Below, in pieces: positions 10,447-22,069 of a DNA stretch of 64,000 nt (the stretch's first letter is position 1; every line of letters begins with the position of its first letter). Made by a program: the position numbers and the translations under genes. The stretch is taken from NCBI GenBank assembly GCA_977017575.1, contig CDRNVI010000056.1:1-64000 (forward strand), in the 5' to 3' direction. Origin of the DNA: Paramoeba atlantica. Its lineage: Eukaryota > Protista > Discosea. The notes under the pieces are model-generated. The model saw nothing but the letters and a program-made list of their open reading frames with translations, ran no database searches and had not been told where the DNA came from.

Positions 10447-13400
10447 TAATTACATACCTTCCGGGCTAAGTTAGCCACTTACACAATGAGCGTGTAAGTG
10501 GGATCTTACACGCGTGTAAGTTAGCCACTTACACACTTTACACAGAGTATGAAATATTATTTGTCCATCTTTTGGATTTTTGAACCAATGACGTTTTTGG
10601 TCGACGCGTGTACCGTCAATGAGATGGCAGTGCCTGGTAAGTCCGAGAGCTTTCGGAGAAGGCAGCTTTACAGAAACAATATCTTTTTTTTATTTTGAGT
10701 AGTTTTCCTACTCTTATCCCCCTGTATTCACAGGGGTAGTATAGGTTCATAAAATATGTAAATAATTTCCCATTTTTTACAATAGGAAAAACAATGCGAA
10801 TGAGAAGAACGGACGGAAAAACCCACGTAAAATGAGAAAACAAAAGTATACTTTATCGTAATTAGCATCTGAGGATATAAAAATGCTTAAATTCAAAACA
10901 TTACATGCAATTATAACGAATATTTTTTTTAGTGTACACTCCCTAGGCCCACCGGAAGCCTACCCTCCCCCCCGCCCTATCTTATCTTGAAATATATTAT
11001 CTTGTAATTTTCATTTTCAAAACATACAATGAAATATACGACGCATTGTAGAATCACTTAAAGTTACGAATCAATAATATTATCGGTTTCAACTTCAGAA
11101 TGCGAACTCTCAGATGTGCATGTGTTATCTTCAGTATAGTAGCTACTGGTTTCTCCCTTTTGCGTATTGCACTGCTCAATAGGTTTTATCGACTTATCCA
11201 AAGAAGGTAAATATGACATGTTTCCTCGTAAAAACATTTAATTTGCGACTGTACATGTTCCAATACTGGCTTGTCGACTACTGTACTTGTTACTTAACAC
11301 TGAAAGCCACGAATCGCATTGCGTTACTACAGAAGGAAGCCGAATCCAATGTTTCGCTGGCCGATACACTTCCGGAAACATTGTCCGCCCGATGTCCTCC
11401 AACCACAAGTGCTCGTTCGTGTGCTTGACGGGACTTATGTGATAATTAGCGGCGGTAACAAAAGCATTCCAAGCAATCTCAGTAATACCGAACAAATCTT
11501 CACTCTCATCTCGGCAAAATAGGTTGTTGGCGCGATGCACTGATATGGGACTAGCGCCCCGTACGCGCAAATAAGTCACTATGCATATAGGAGAGAACTA
11601 CATAACGTCCTGCCAAATCTTCATGTCGTGGTTTCTTTCGAGCCGGCTCCAATTTCGTTCAATGGCATCACTCAACCCAGATGGGGCATTAGGAGAAGCA
11701 GCAGTCTCACGAAGCCGTTCGAACATTGGAAAAACGCGTGTCGCAGTTGGTACCCGCTTTGAGTCAGAAAAACGGCGAAGGGCTGTGTGCAATTCCTTGC
11801 ATTCGCTTAAAAACAACTTTCCTTCCTCTTGCAACTCTTCATGACCGTGAACCCGAATCAGTCGAGCACATTCCGCAACCGATTTAGATACGCGTTCGTT
11901 TTCTAGTTCTCGGTGCAGGTATTCCATAACAGTGCGCATTTCTTTAACAAGAAAAGAGATAGAAACAAATTTGTCCAGCACCCACCGAGTGACGCCACCT
12001 AGTTTCGGGGTTTCTACGGCCCTATTGGCTCGTGAAATGTTCAAAGCTTCGGAAATCTGAGCTCCGTGTTTAATAAGAATTTCGTGCTTTTCCTTCGTAT
12101 TATCTGGATTATTAAGTTCACTTAGTAGTAAATCCGCGCTCTCTCCCACAACTGGCTTCAGGACGTAAAGTGCTTCCCGAATTCGGGATTCGAGAATAAG
12201 TATCCAAGAATTGGGCGCGTCTTCCATTCCGAGGGCCCCATATGATTGCATGAAAAAAATTTCAGCGTCGACTACTCGCTTCTCAAACTTCGCAAGCTGG
12301 ACGCCTAAGGCGACGCCCCTGTACTTGCCTTGCTTTGCACTACTTTGTGCTCCGGAGTAGAATGCATTGCAGAAGGAACGCTTAAGTCGAAAAATGGGCT
12401 TGTTTTCGTTATCCTTTAATGTCTGTTTCGCAATTTTGTTAAGCACGTGTCCTACGCAGCTCAACAAAGTTATCTTAGGCAGCCTCTCTCGTACCCCGAG
12501 TTGAATGTTGATGCGATCGGTGGAACCGATGTCTTGAATTCTCCCATAAAACTCAGCTAAATTCCCCATGTATTCTTCGCATTCAACGCGAGCAACGTGA
12601 TTCACAGTTGAGCCATCGACTTGTAAAAACCGTAGCTTGAAGATGCAATCTTCGTGAAGCACTCCGGCCAAAGAATTTATCAGAGTATGTGCTGCTTCTT
12701 TCCCGTCAAAGGCAGCGTGTTTTCTACTATACATTGGAGGTAGTAGAAACTGTGCACTCCCAACGTACAACACTCCGATCAGAACATACTCATGCAGTAC
12801 GCGATCAATTCCCGCATCGAGAGCAATTCTAAAGAAGCATTCAGAATCAACCTTCGATCTTATATGGGCCCACAGCTCATCAGCCAACTCTGCTTCCCAT
12901 TCATGCAATTTTGTTGAGTGGTTCGGAAGCCGTGGCGCAATAACATGAGGTGGAAGGTTCGGACGGAAATCTTCATATGCTCGCAGTAACCACATGGCCC
13001 TTGAGGCAGACAAATTGGTGGAGGATAGCGAACACGGTAAAACCTTTCTAGTAAAGACGCTCACAGAATCAATATTTTCTTGATTTATCGATTCTTCAGG
13101 CCCTTTGCATTCGACGCGATGTTTGTAGTATACATTGTTGGAGGGGGAATGCGAGAAGAACTAACAATGTTTACATTGAAAGTATGCTCTGTTCCCGAAA
13201 CTATTCCTGAGGACCTCATCAGTATTGCGCTGAGCATAGGCCTTGCATTTTTCATTGCGGGAGCTGTATGGAGATCCACAACATTGTTCAAGCTTGAAAT
13301 GTTCAGGCAAAAGTTTTTCCGACATTCGATGTCGTGACCTTCGTTCTGGTGTAGGAATGGTGCAATTTGAAATTCTCTGTTCTAAGCGGGTTGGTTGCGG

Positions 13401-13757
13401 AGCTCCTATTGCAATGCGAAGAGACTTGCGTTCTTCGCTCCGCTCCGAGACACTCAGACCCCCGGCTGATGAAGTTCCTGTTGGAGACTCATTCTCCTCC
13501 GTTGGCTGTGAATTCGTCTGTGTGTGTCCGCGTCTGCTTACGCGAGATCGCTTTCCCATAAAGCAAAAAGAGAAATGAAAGTCAGGAAAGAATGTAATCA
13601 GATGAAACACTATATTAAATTTGACTAGTTTCGTTTGGTAAGTACATATAATTATTTTTTTGCTGTACACCTGTTACGAAACGGGTTACCAAAAAAGTGT
13701 GTAAGTGGCTAACTTACACGTGTACGTACACACATACACGCGGAAGGTATGTAATTA
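10447..13757 (-). mobile_element. hAT-like DNA transposon
   Basis: 17-bp inverted repeat TAATTACATACCTTCCG (10447-10463 / 13741-13757) and subterminal ACTTACAC/GTGTAAGT repeats at both ends. No 8-bp TSD was recognised. Confidence 0.72.
11238..13559 (-). pseudogene. hAT-like transposase with stops and frameshifts
   Basis: N-terminal Zn finger (YFQCKHC), IALDAG, QVDGSTVN, CxxH (SCVGHVLN) and GVTRW. C-terminal dimerisation-like FPEVYRPAKHWIRLPSVVTQCDSWLS. Confidence 0.75.
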
Positions 13758-14065
13758 GTACTACATACTAGTAATATTATAATTTTTCAAAATACTATAT
13801 ACAAAAATCTATAATTTTTTGAAGGATTTTTGGCGGGTTTGGATGATTTTTTCCCTCAAAAACGAGTCCTGGTAGCTTCTTTTTTCCTTTGGTGGAAAAT
13901 GCACAATCAAAAAAACTGAAAACTAAGTTTTCTGACGCGAAACATAAGAAAGTTGATTAAGCCTGTCATAAATTGACATTGTACTTGGTGCCAATCTAAA
14001 AGAGAACATCAAAACGTTTTTGAGCACTTTTTCCTGTTATAGATTTTTATAGATTTATAATACTA

Positions 14066-14793
14066 CAGTGGTTTCAGTTGATCTTGCCCCCCCCTCGGAA
14101 TTTTGATTTTTTTTATCCGTTTTTGCTTATCTTTGCAGCATTGGAGAGATCTCGTTCCCCTAGCGAAGGGCTTTGCCGCCTGTTTTTCATAGAGACCCCC
14201 TGGTTCCCCCTGGGTCCAAAAAACACTGTTTTTACGGAGTTTTGCTGTGTACACAACTATTTTTTGCCACATTTTCCCGATTTTCTGCATATTTTGCACT
14301 TGTAAGTACGAGTGATAGCGTTCTGAATTGATAATTTGAAAGCTCTATGTCTAGTACCCTCTCTATTGCCTAGTTCAATTTAGTCAACACCTCTACATTA
14401 TGAAGATCAGACCCTCATACCCCAAACAGGGGGAGTACGTCGAACAAAGTAATGGCAAAAGAGAAGACAACTCCACAATGTGTGCGACATAATTGAATTC
14501 GATCCCAAATAGACTTCGAAGCGTGTTGCAAAACAATGGAAGCCATTCCGGAGTTAACTTTTGGACAGAAAATCCGTTTTTTGCTCTATTTTTCATTGGT
14601 AAAAAAATATCATTTGTTTTTATTTTGGTCAACTTTCGGGCCACCCAGGGGGAACCAGGGGGTCTCTATGAAAAACAGGCGGCAAAGCCCTTCGCTAGGG
14701 GAACGAGATCTCTCCAATGCTGCAAAGATGAGCAAAATCGGATAAAAAAAATCAAAAATCCGAGGGGGGGGGCAAGATCAACTGAAACCACTG
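14066..14793 (+). mobile_element. Non-autonomous Tc1/mariner element (MITE-like)
   Basis: ~150-bp inverted repeats starting CAGTGGTTTCAG, with TA on both sides. Interior keeps the transposase C-terminus SIPNRLRSVLQNNGSHS. Confidence 0.88.
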
Positions 14794-17179
14794 TATACAG
14801 TATGTATAGTACTATAATTTTTTTTCAAATACTATAAATATACATATGATATATTTTCATACGCCTGATATAAATTCTAAATTAGAATTCAGACGCTTCC
14901 TGCAACACTTCAGCACGTTCAATTTGATGAGACGTGGATGAAGAAAACAACGGAGGAAGAATAATTGTAAACCCAATAGAGGCCACAGTCGCGCCCTCTA
15001 ATCCTCTTCATTTACCCCGTCCTCCCATGCGGGTGAATGTCAAAGTGCCCGTGCAGTCCCCAATTGTCCCCCACACTGCAAGCAATGCCCTTTCTCCACG
15101 TACGAAGAAGCACGGACGTCCTCCCGGCTCACTGGCTCCCCCCCACGTACAGTTCAAACAACCGATTTGAACGAAATCTGAGTTTGAGTTGAGGAAGTAC
15201 GGAAGTTGGGGAAGTATGTATCGAAAGTAAGATACGAAAGTCTTAAAGAGGATTTATCTTTCTTAAAGAAACGTGCGTTTCCAGATGAAACGGTTGTTTC
15301 ACTACACTTTTTTTCTAAGAATGCAATCTGGAAAGAAGGCATCTGCGCTCGTTTGTTGGCGTTGAAGTTTGTAAGAAATGGAGTGGGAAGGGAGGTGTTA
15401 CGAAGATGACAATGAAGAGATAGAAGATGACTCTGAAGAAGAGAGTGAACATTCGAATGCGATTCAAGGTTTGTTGATATGATTTGGATGCTAAACGAAA
15501 AATAAACGAAAAAGAGCAAAAAGGTGGTACAAAGAGTAAAACTTTCGTATGGGTACAATATAAGTAGTAGCCCACTGTCCCATAGGTAACCTATGGGACC
15601 CTTAGGTACGTCGTACCTAAGGTACGTCTTCGAGCCGCCATACGAGGACGGAGCGTAGCGCTTCCAACTTTGAGACCCGATAAAACCTTGAGAAGCATAC
15701 ACAAAGAGCTAATTCGGTCATGTTACACACGCCCAGCGGTGCAGGAGCAGCACCCATCTTACACAGGAGGGACCAAACGTCGAGTCGCATGCCCCTGGTA
15801 TGACCGGGGCCTCAGCAAGTGACTCCATCTCTCCTTCGAGCCCGCAGAGCGCGTCACTCAAGGCCACTAAAACGGCTAGAGGACGTTGGCTGCCGAGAAC
15901 TCACATCAGAGTAGGTTCCTGTGCTCAACCCTTTCAGGTTCTGCCGGATGTTCAACTTTTGGCAACTTTCATCGTCATGGACCGTAAAATCTTCATTTGG
16001 TTTCGTACTTCCGCATCACGTTTCTCAAACTCTTTCTGTAAATTTTCGTACGGTGGGAGGAAGCGGGGTGTGGTGTAAGCTCGCACTTGGCGGCGTGGAG
16101 ATGTAATCCCCATTTTGGGCCCGATATCGTAATCACGTCCAGTGCGTGAAAGAATCTCGCGAAATATGATTAAAAGCGTTTTTGAGGTCGATCTATCGCA
16201 CAGCACACAAAAAATCATCGCCCTGTGTGTGTTCGGCGAAGGTCTTCCGGTAGAGATGTATCACTCGTTCTGCACCCGCAGGTGTAGCTACACCATACTG
16301 GTGCCCTTTGAAGAGTTTGCGGGCCTGTGCCCTAGTCGCGAGGCAGGCGACGTTGCTTGCCAGGCGACGAAGGGTTTCACCAGCAGCACTCGGGCGTACG
16401 TCATGTTCATCTTTTTTCAACTTTCAATCTTTTGTGCACAACCGACCCCCCGCATAGCCTTGGACTTCTAACGGTACTTTTCCTGCGAGCATGGGATTGA
16501 TGAATTTGGTGATTGTCCCCAGAGGGCCGATACGCGACATGAGGATACTGCGTGGCTACCTGCAGATGTTCCGGTCGCAGACCAAGAGCCCCACCTGATG
16601 ACCCTCGGTGAAAGGTGGAGAGAGCTTCGGCTACTCCCTCTTGAGTCGCTTCAAGCGGTTCAACATCCGGGATCAGGAGGTTTTGCGGTGAAATTAAAGC
16701 AAAATTCGCATTTTTGAAAAATAAAAGACAGAAAACCGCCCTTTTTTTTCATAATAATACGTATTTTCATTTTTTCGTTTATTTTCCCGACTTTTTCTTA
16801 CAGGATCGTTCAGCATTTTTTGAACAATTCTTACAAGTGTATATATGTTTTATATACCTGTATGTACCTCAAAAGATAGGCGCGAGCCTCCTCTAGAAAG
16901 GAAAAATATGATGACTTTGTCGCCAAGCGCGGTTCAGACACTAATATTTTTTTTGGTAATATTTGACGCCTTTCGTACAGATGAGCCGCTAGAAAACGTC
17001 TTGTTTTTAAAACTCTTCGAATCGTGAAAGAAAAGCTTGTCTTTACTCACATGTATTTGAATCATGCGTTCATATGTATTTGAAGCATCCGACAGAGTAA
17101 GAATTTGATACTATCAAATGCAAAACGTGTTTTGTTGTAGAATTGCCAAATTGCATTTTTTTCTTTACTTTCTTGGAAC

Positions 17180-19136
17180 ATGCCATTGCAACTGGACGAG
17201 GAGTCCAGTTACTGTATTTCCCCTCGCTCTGATGCTAGCTCAATTTCAGATTTGAGCGTATCAACACCATCCACACTCGGTGATGACCCGGATTGGACTT
17301 TGAGTGATTTCTCCGTAGATTCAAGCGATAACTCTCTTATTAGTGAAGATGAGTGGAGTGACGGGGAGGGCCTTGTAGCATATGGCCAATTAGCTTGTAA
17401 CGTCGAACGCGGTGAAGATGAAAGTTTCTTAGATTTTATCTCACGAATAAAAGGGGATGTTTCATCTCGCGCGAGCTCTATCCCCTACGAGAAAATCTCA
17501 CCCCAAAAAAATTATGATCTAGTGGTTGAAGAATTGATTGGCGATAGTCTTTCTTCTCAGCAACCAGAAGAAGAGGTTCTAAGAGCAGAACCTCCGGACG
17601 AGATCGAGCCGAGAACTCCAAATGTACAACCAAGTCACGACGAGGAAAAAATTCAAACAGAAGTAACGGCGGATGAGGTGCGAAGCAAGAGGAACGTCGA
17701 ACGTACTCTACGAAGACGTTTGCGCACACGACAGTTACGAAATGCTGTAAATCGTAACTGCAAGCAAGAAACGCGGTATGATGAAATATGTGAGAGGGTA
17801 AACGCAAGCATGAAAAACAGTGAGTTCACTTGCAAAGAGGCTGAGTTTCGATGCTCTCTGTTAGAAAACGAACTGAAGATAGTAAAGGAAGAAAGAACAC
17901 TTCTTGAAGTACGATACAGGGAAGAGGAGACTGAAAAATTTCAAATAATTAAATCTTTGCAATTGTTGCGCAGCCAGCAGCACACCCAGACATTTGAACA
18001 AAAGCAACAGGGAAAACGAGGTCGACCCATGAAAAGAAGAACAATGAACAGACGAACCGCATTTGAAATATATAGAACTAGAACATGTTTGCTTTGCCCC
18101 GTTCGACGTGCACTTATGTTCTGAAAAGTTCTAAGGCTGGAAAAAGACTTCAAAAAGTTCGACACGTGCGCCAGGTGCTAGAAAACTGGGAAAATTTTGA
18201 GCAGGCCAAAGGAATGCTGTCGAGCGCAATGGCAGCCCATCCAACGCACCGTTCTCTTGCCAGTCTGAGATGCGCCTTCGTAGAAATGAGCAACGGCCGA
18301 CTGATAATTCCACGTTTTCGATTACATGCTTTACTCTACTACGGTGGTTATTCTTTTAAGGCCAAAGTATCAAATCTGTCTCTCTCCCAAAAAAAATGGA
18401 CGCAAGAGTCGCTTTTTGTCAATCAATGTTAAAAGAGAACGAGGCAACCGAAGGCATATTTTTTAAGCGATTAATATTTTCTGACGACTCCTGGATGGAA
18501 GCGGGGGACATGTCCAGAGGTGCTTGGCAAAGTCCGACTGACATTGCGTATAAGTCAAGGACGCATCATCCAACGAAAGTAATGATTTGGGGTGCTATTG
18601 CGGGCGACGGACACGTTTTTTACCACTGGTGCGATTTCACCAAGTTTTACAAGGATGAAGCTTCGCGTGAATTGCTACCTGGGGAAAAGCGGAAAGAATT
18701 TCCTCAGGAATTAAAACTCGGATCGTTATATTACCGCAAGTCGATATTAGAGCCCCATTTTTTGCCTTACGCAGCCACTCATGAAAACATTATTCTTATG
18801 GAAGACGGTGCTCCCGCTCATCGGGCCATACTTACAAAAAAATGGTGGAAAGATCGAAAGGCGATGAACTTGTCACGGTACGTGAGTACAACTGGAGAGT
18901 TAATGCTTCGCTGGCCGGCGGATTCCCCAGATCTTAATCCAATTGAGAACTTGTGGAACCAAACAAAGCAATTCAAGAACCGTAAATGCCCCATTTCTGC
19001 AGGTGAAATTAAGCGCGTATGTGACTCATATTTGGACTCCGTAGAAGCGAAGGAGTCGATAAAGAAGCAGCATGTCTCCTTCAAAAAAAGACTCGAGTTG
19101 TGCATATTATATAAAGGAAAGAAGATTCCTTACTAA
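17180..19136 (+). pseudogene. Tc1-like transposase in three overlapping frames (17180-18124, 18085-18432, 18396-19136)
   Basis: IFSDDSW, VMIWGAI, EDGAPAH and WPADSPDLNPIENLW, preceded by a long Ser/acidic and coiled-coil-like N-terminus. Confidence 0.8.
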
Positions 19137-19429
19137 ATACTGTATATGTACTAATGTTAAAATAAGTGATTTCTGGGAAAGGGGAGAAACTCAGTACCAA
19201 AAACTAAAGTTTATCGAAAAAATAATGATAAAATACTTGGTCAATTTTGCCTGAGATTGCCTTTTTGGACCGTTGCATCTTTTGGGTACAGGGGCCCATG
19301 TGCGTAGAAAATATTTTTCCCTATCGGCTTGTGTTCTAAACTAACGCTTTCCGCACATTTTATTTGAATTCGACATCATGTGCAACCTGTGGAATTGTTC
19401 AGCTTTGACATCAACGGCCCTGTAGATTC

Positions 19430-19780
19430 CGACTTTTAATATTCATCACATGCCCTGTAAAGGATGTAGTGGTTTCTCTTGCCGAGCAAATCTTACATTG
19501 AGCAAAATTTCTCTCTGGAGCGAATCAAAATGTAGTAGTGGTTAAGGAACCACAATTTGGTGGCGCAGAAGGTTATATGTTACAAGTCAGCGCACAAGGG
19601 GCCCTACACTATGCACGTCACTGGCGAGAAGTGGAGGTGTACTAAAAGGTGCAAGGGAATGTACGCCACCTTAGGACCACTCATACCAGGAAGGGAAAAT
19701 GCAACGGCAGTCTACGATGCAATGGTGGCGATGTGATGCTGCGCATCCTAGAGAATCTGCAAGACCATTGTCGTTGTATT
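19430..19780 (+). pseudogene. Merlin/IS1595-like transposase N-terminal fragment inside the DD46E element
   Basis: WLRNHNLVAQKVIC...KWRCTKRCKG is homologous to 30086-30330 (WMKNHSLVAQKVIY...KWVCTKHCKG). Confidence 0.55.
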
Positions 19781-20540
19781 CATTTGTAAGTCTTGTGTAC
19801 GTATTTAAGTTGGAAGCTAGAAGCTGAAAGTTGTTTTTCTCTCCTTAAAATATGAAAAAAATTGAAATTTTTGAAAAATGCGAATTTTGCTTTAAGTTAA
19901 CCGGTTTTGCACGTTGGAGGTGGATCGTCTGGGTGGGTGCTTAGACGTGAGCTTCGCGTAAGTCGCTTCATCGTCAGGGGCAAGAGGTTCACTTGTTAGG
20001 GCAGCCCTCGGGCGAGAGAGCTCCCCGTCACGAACAAGCGTTCGTTCAGCGCGTAAGGTCGCTTTCTTTTCCTCTTCTTTCTTTTTTTTCTGCGCTTCAA
20101 GTGTGTTTTCGTGGATCGCCGTGGATAAGCGTCCACTACGCGTCTTGGCCCACTCTTGCCGGCAGCGGTCTGGGATGTCCTTACAAGTGTGTATGGGCAG
20201 AGCGCTGATCGACAATAAACGCGGAAGGGGTGGATCTATGACCTGGACGCTCTGGCTTTCCGTAGTTTAATGCGCTGGTGCGGGGGACGCGTTGGCCTCC
20301 GGCGCGATATGGGTACTGAGAGCTGTATTCGCAGAGGTGGCGTTGTTGAGGGGGTTGTCGGTGGAATGTGAGGTGGTGAACGGCGGGACGTGCAGTTCTT
20401 GGCATGAGTGTCCCGCTTGCCTATTGTTGCAATCCCGCTTTTTGCAGTCGTTGCAAGAAAAGCGCCCCTCTTCCACCCACCAGGTATCCGAAGCCTCGTC
20501 CCCATGCCTGTGGGCTACGTGGTTGTAGAATGCTTGCCAA

Positions 20541-20774
20541 GGCTATGTCTCTACTTCGTTGACGGATCAAACAATTGACTGCCGCTTCGTTGACAGTAAA
20601 TCCAAGTGTCAACGACTCCTTGTTGTTGTTGGGCTCCTTACTGATTCCCATGCGAGGAATTCGTCGTCGCTACGGCAAAAAGGCAGAAGGCTCCGCCTTC
20701 TCACACTCGTTGACGGGTCAACCAATTGGCAGCCACTTCGTTGACAGTAAATCCGGCTGTCAATGGTAAACCCG
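20541..20774. mobile_element. Merlin-type MITE with a deleted right end
   Basis: Starts GGCTATGTCTCTACTTCGTTGAC, like 35311. Flanked by CTTGCCAA / CATGCCAA (7 of 8 bp). Removal restores the CRE zinc-finger frame. Confidence 0.7.
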
Positions 20775-22069
20775 CATGCCAATGCCCCTCTTGATACACC
20801 GTTTTCCATGCGCATCCCTGGAAAGAATATTTCCGTACGTGTCCATTTTCGCTGGGTGTCTTTTCCCGTGTAGCGGAGGGCGTCTCGGGGATGTGAAGTT
20901 TCTCGGCGGTCATGGAGTCGGTAGGTCAAATTTTTGCTACCTGATGACGTTTGCGTTTCCCGACCGATGCGTTCAGGTTCCGTTCGTCGGGAAGCAATTC
21001 TCCCAACGAGCTGTCAACGCGTCCTGCTACTGCTTCGTCTTCGTTTTCTACAATAGTGCAGGGTCAGGGGGAGTTCAGACTGGAGTCTGTGTTGTCACGG
21101 TCTTCGCTGTCGGACCCGGACTCCGCACTCAGATCAGCAGTACCCGGATGTTCAACTCCAGTGCACCACCCCATTGTCAACTCCAGCGCACCACTTTTTT
21201 CACCATAGTCGACCGTCATTCCTTTTTTCTGCGCCTCACCACAGTTGAACATCGTTCCTTTTTCCTTTCAACATAAAAACTTATCCAGAGTATTTAAAGA
21301 AAGCGTAATACAAGTGTAAGATCTGAGTAAGAAACTTTATTAGACAAGAATTTCTTCACCTTTACAAAATGCTTAAATTTATTGTCATTAAATTTCCAAC
21401 ACTAGCAGACTAACTTTACAAGCTTTCTCACGTACCTTTGCTTACTTAGCTTCTTTTACTTACGCAGTTCATTCACAAAATCCATTGGAGAACGATAATT
21501 TAATAATTTCCGAGGACGAGTGTTCAATTCCAATGCGGTTTTGTTTAATTCACTTTGGTTCAAATTCTCAAAAGATTCGGTTTTCTGATGGAATTGTCGG
21601 ATCAAACCGTTTGCATGTTCCACAGACCCTTTCTCCCACGAATGATACGGAGCGCAAAAGAAAGACTTGCATTTTAATTTTTTGTTTACTTCTTCATGGT
21701 GCCAGAATTCTGTTCCGTTGTCGTATGTGATTGTTTGAACCTTGTAATTCTTTAACCCGTCTACAATTTGTTTGCTTACCCCCTTCGCGTGCTTAGATTC
21801 CAACTTGCGAAGAACAAGGAAGCGACTCTTACGCTCGCACAGGGTAAGAATATATCCGGTATGCCCTCGACCCTCGACCAAGTCTGCTTCCCAATCGCCG
21901 TAGCGCCGACGCTTATTAACAATTTCTGGTCGATTTTCAAGTGGCGTTCGGTTGGAAATCGCGATGCGATCAGGTCTGGTGCGACGACGGTATGGCCTCT
22001 TTCGCCGGATCCGCAAATGGGTGTACAACTTGCCGCCTAAGGACGCGTTGCGACGAATATAGCGATATA

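Larger units (their letters stand above)
16697..19892 (+). mobile_element. IS630-Tc1-like element with a DD46E transposase, inserted in the CRE-like element
   Basis: 29-bp inverted repeat TTAAAGCAAAATTCGCATTTTT(G/C)AAAAAT including the duplicated target (TA or TTAA). Both flanks are CRE RT sequence. Confidence 0.85.

Noticed and set aside
19339-19348. AACTAACGCT, identical to the first 10 nt of trypanosomatid SL
   Set aside because: A 10-mer is expected by chance at this window size, and the rest of the SL does not follow.
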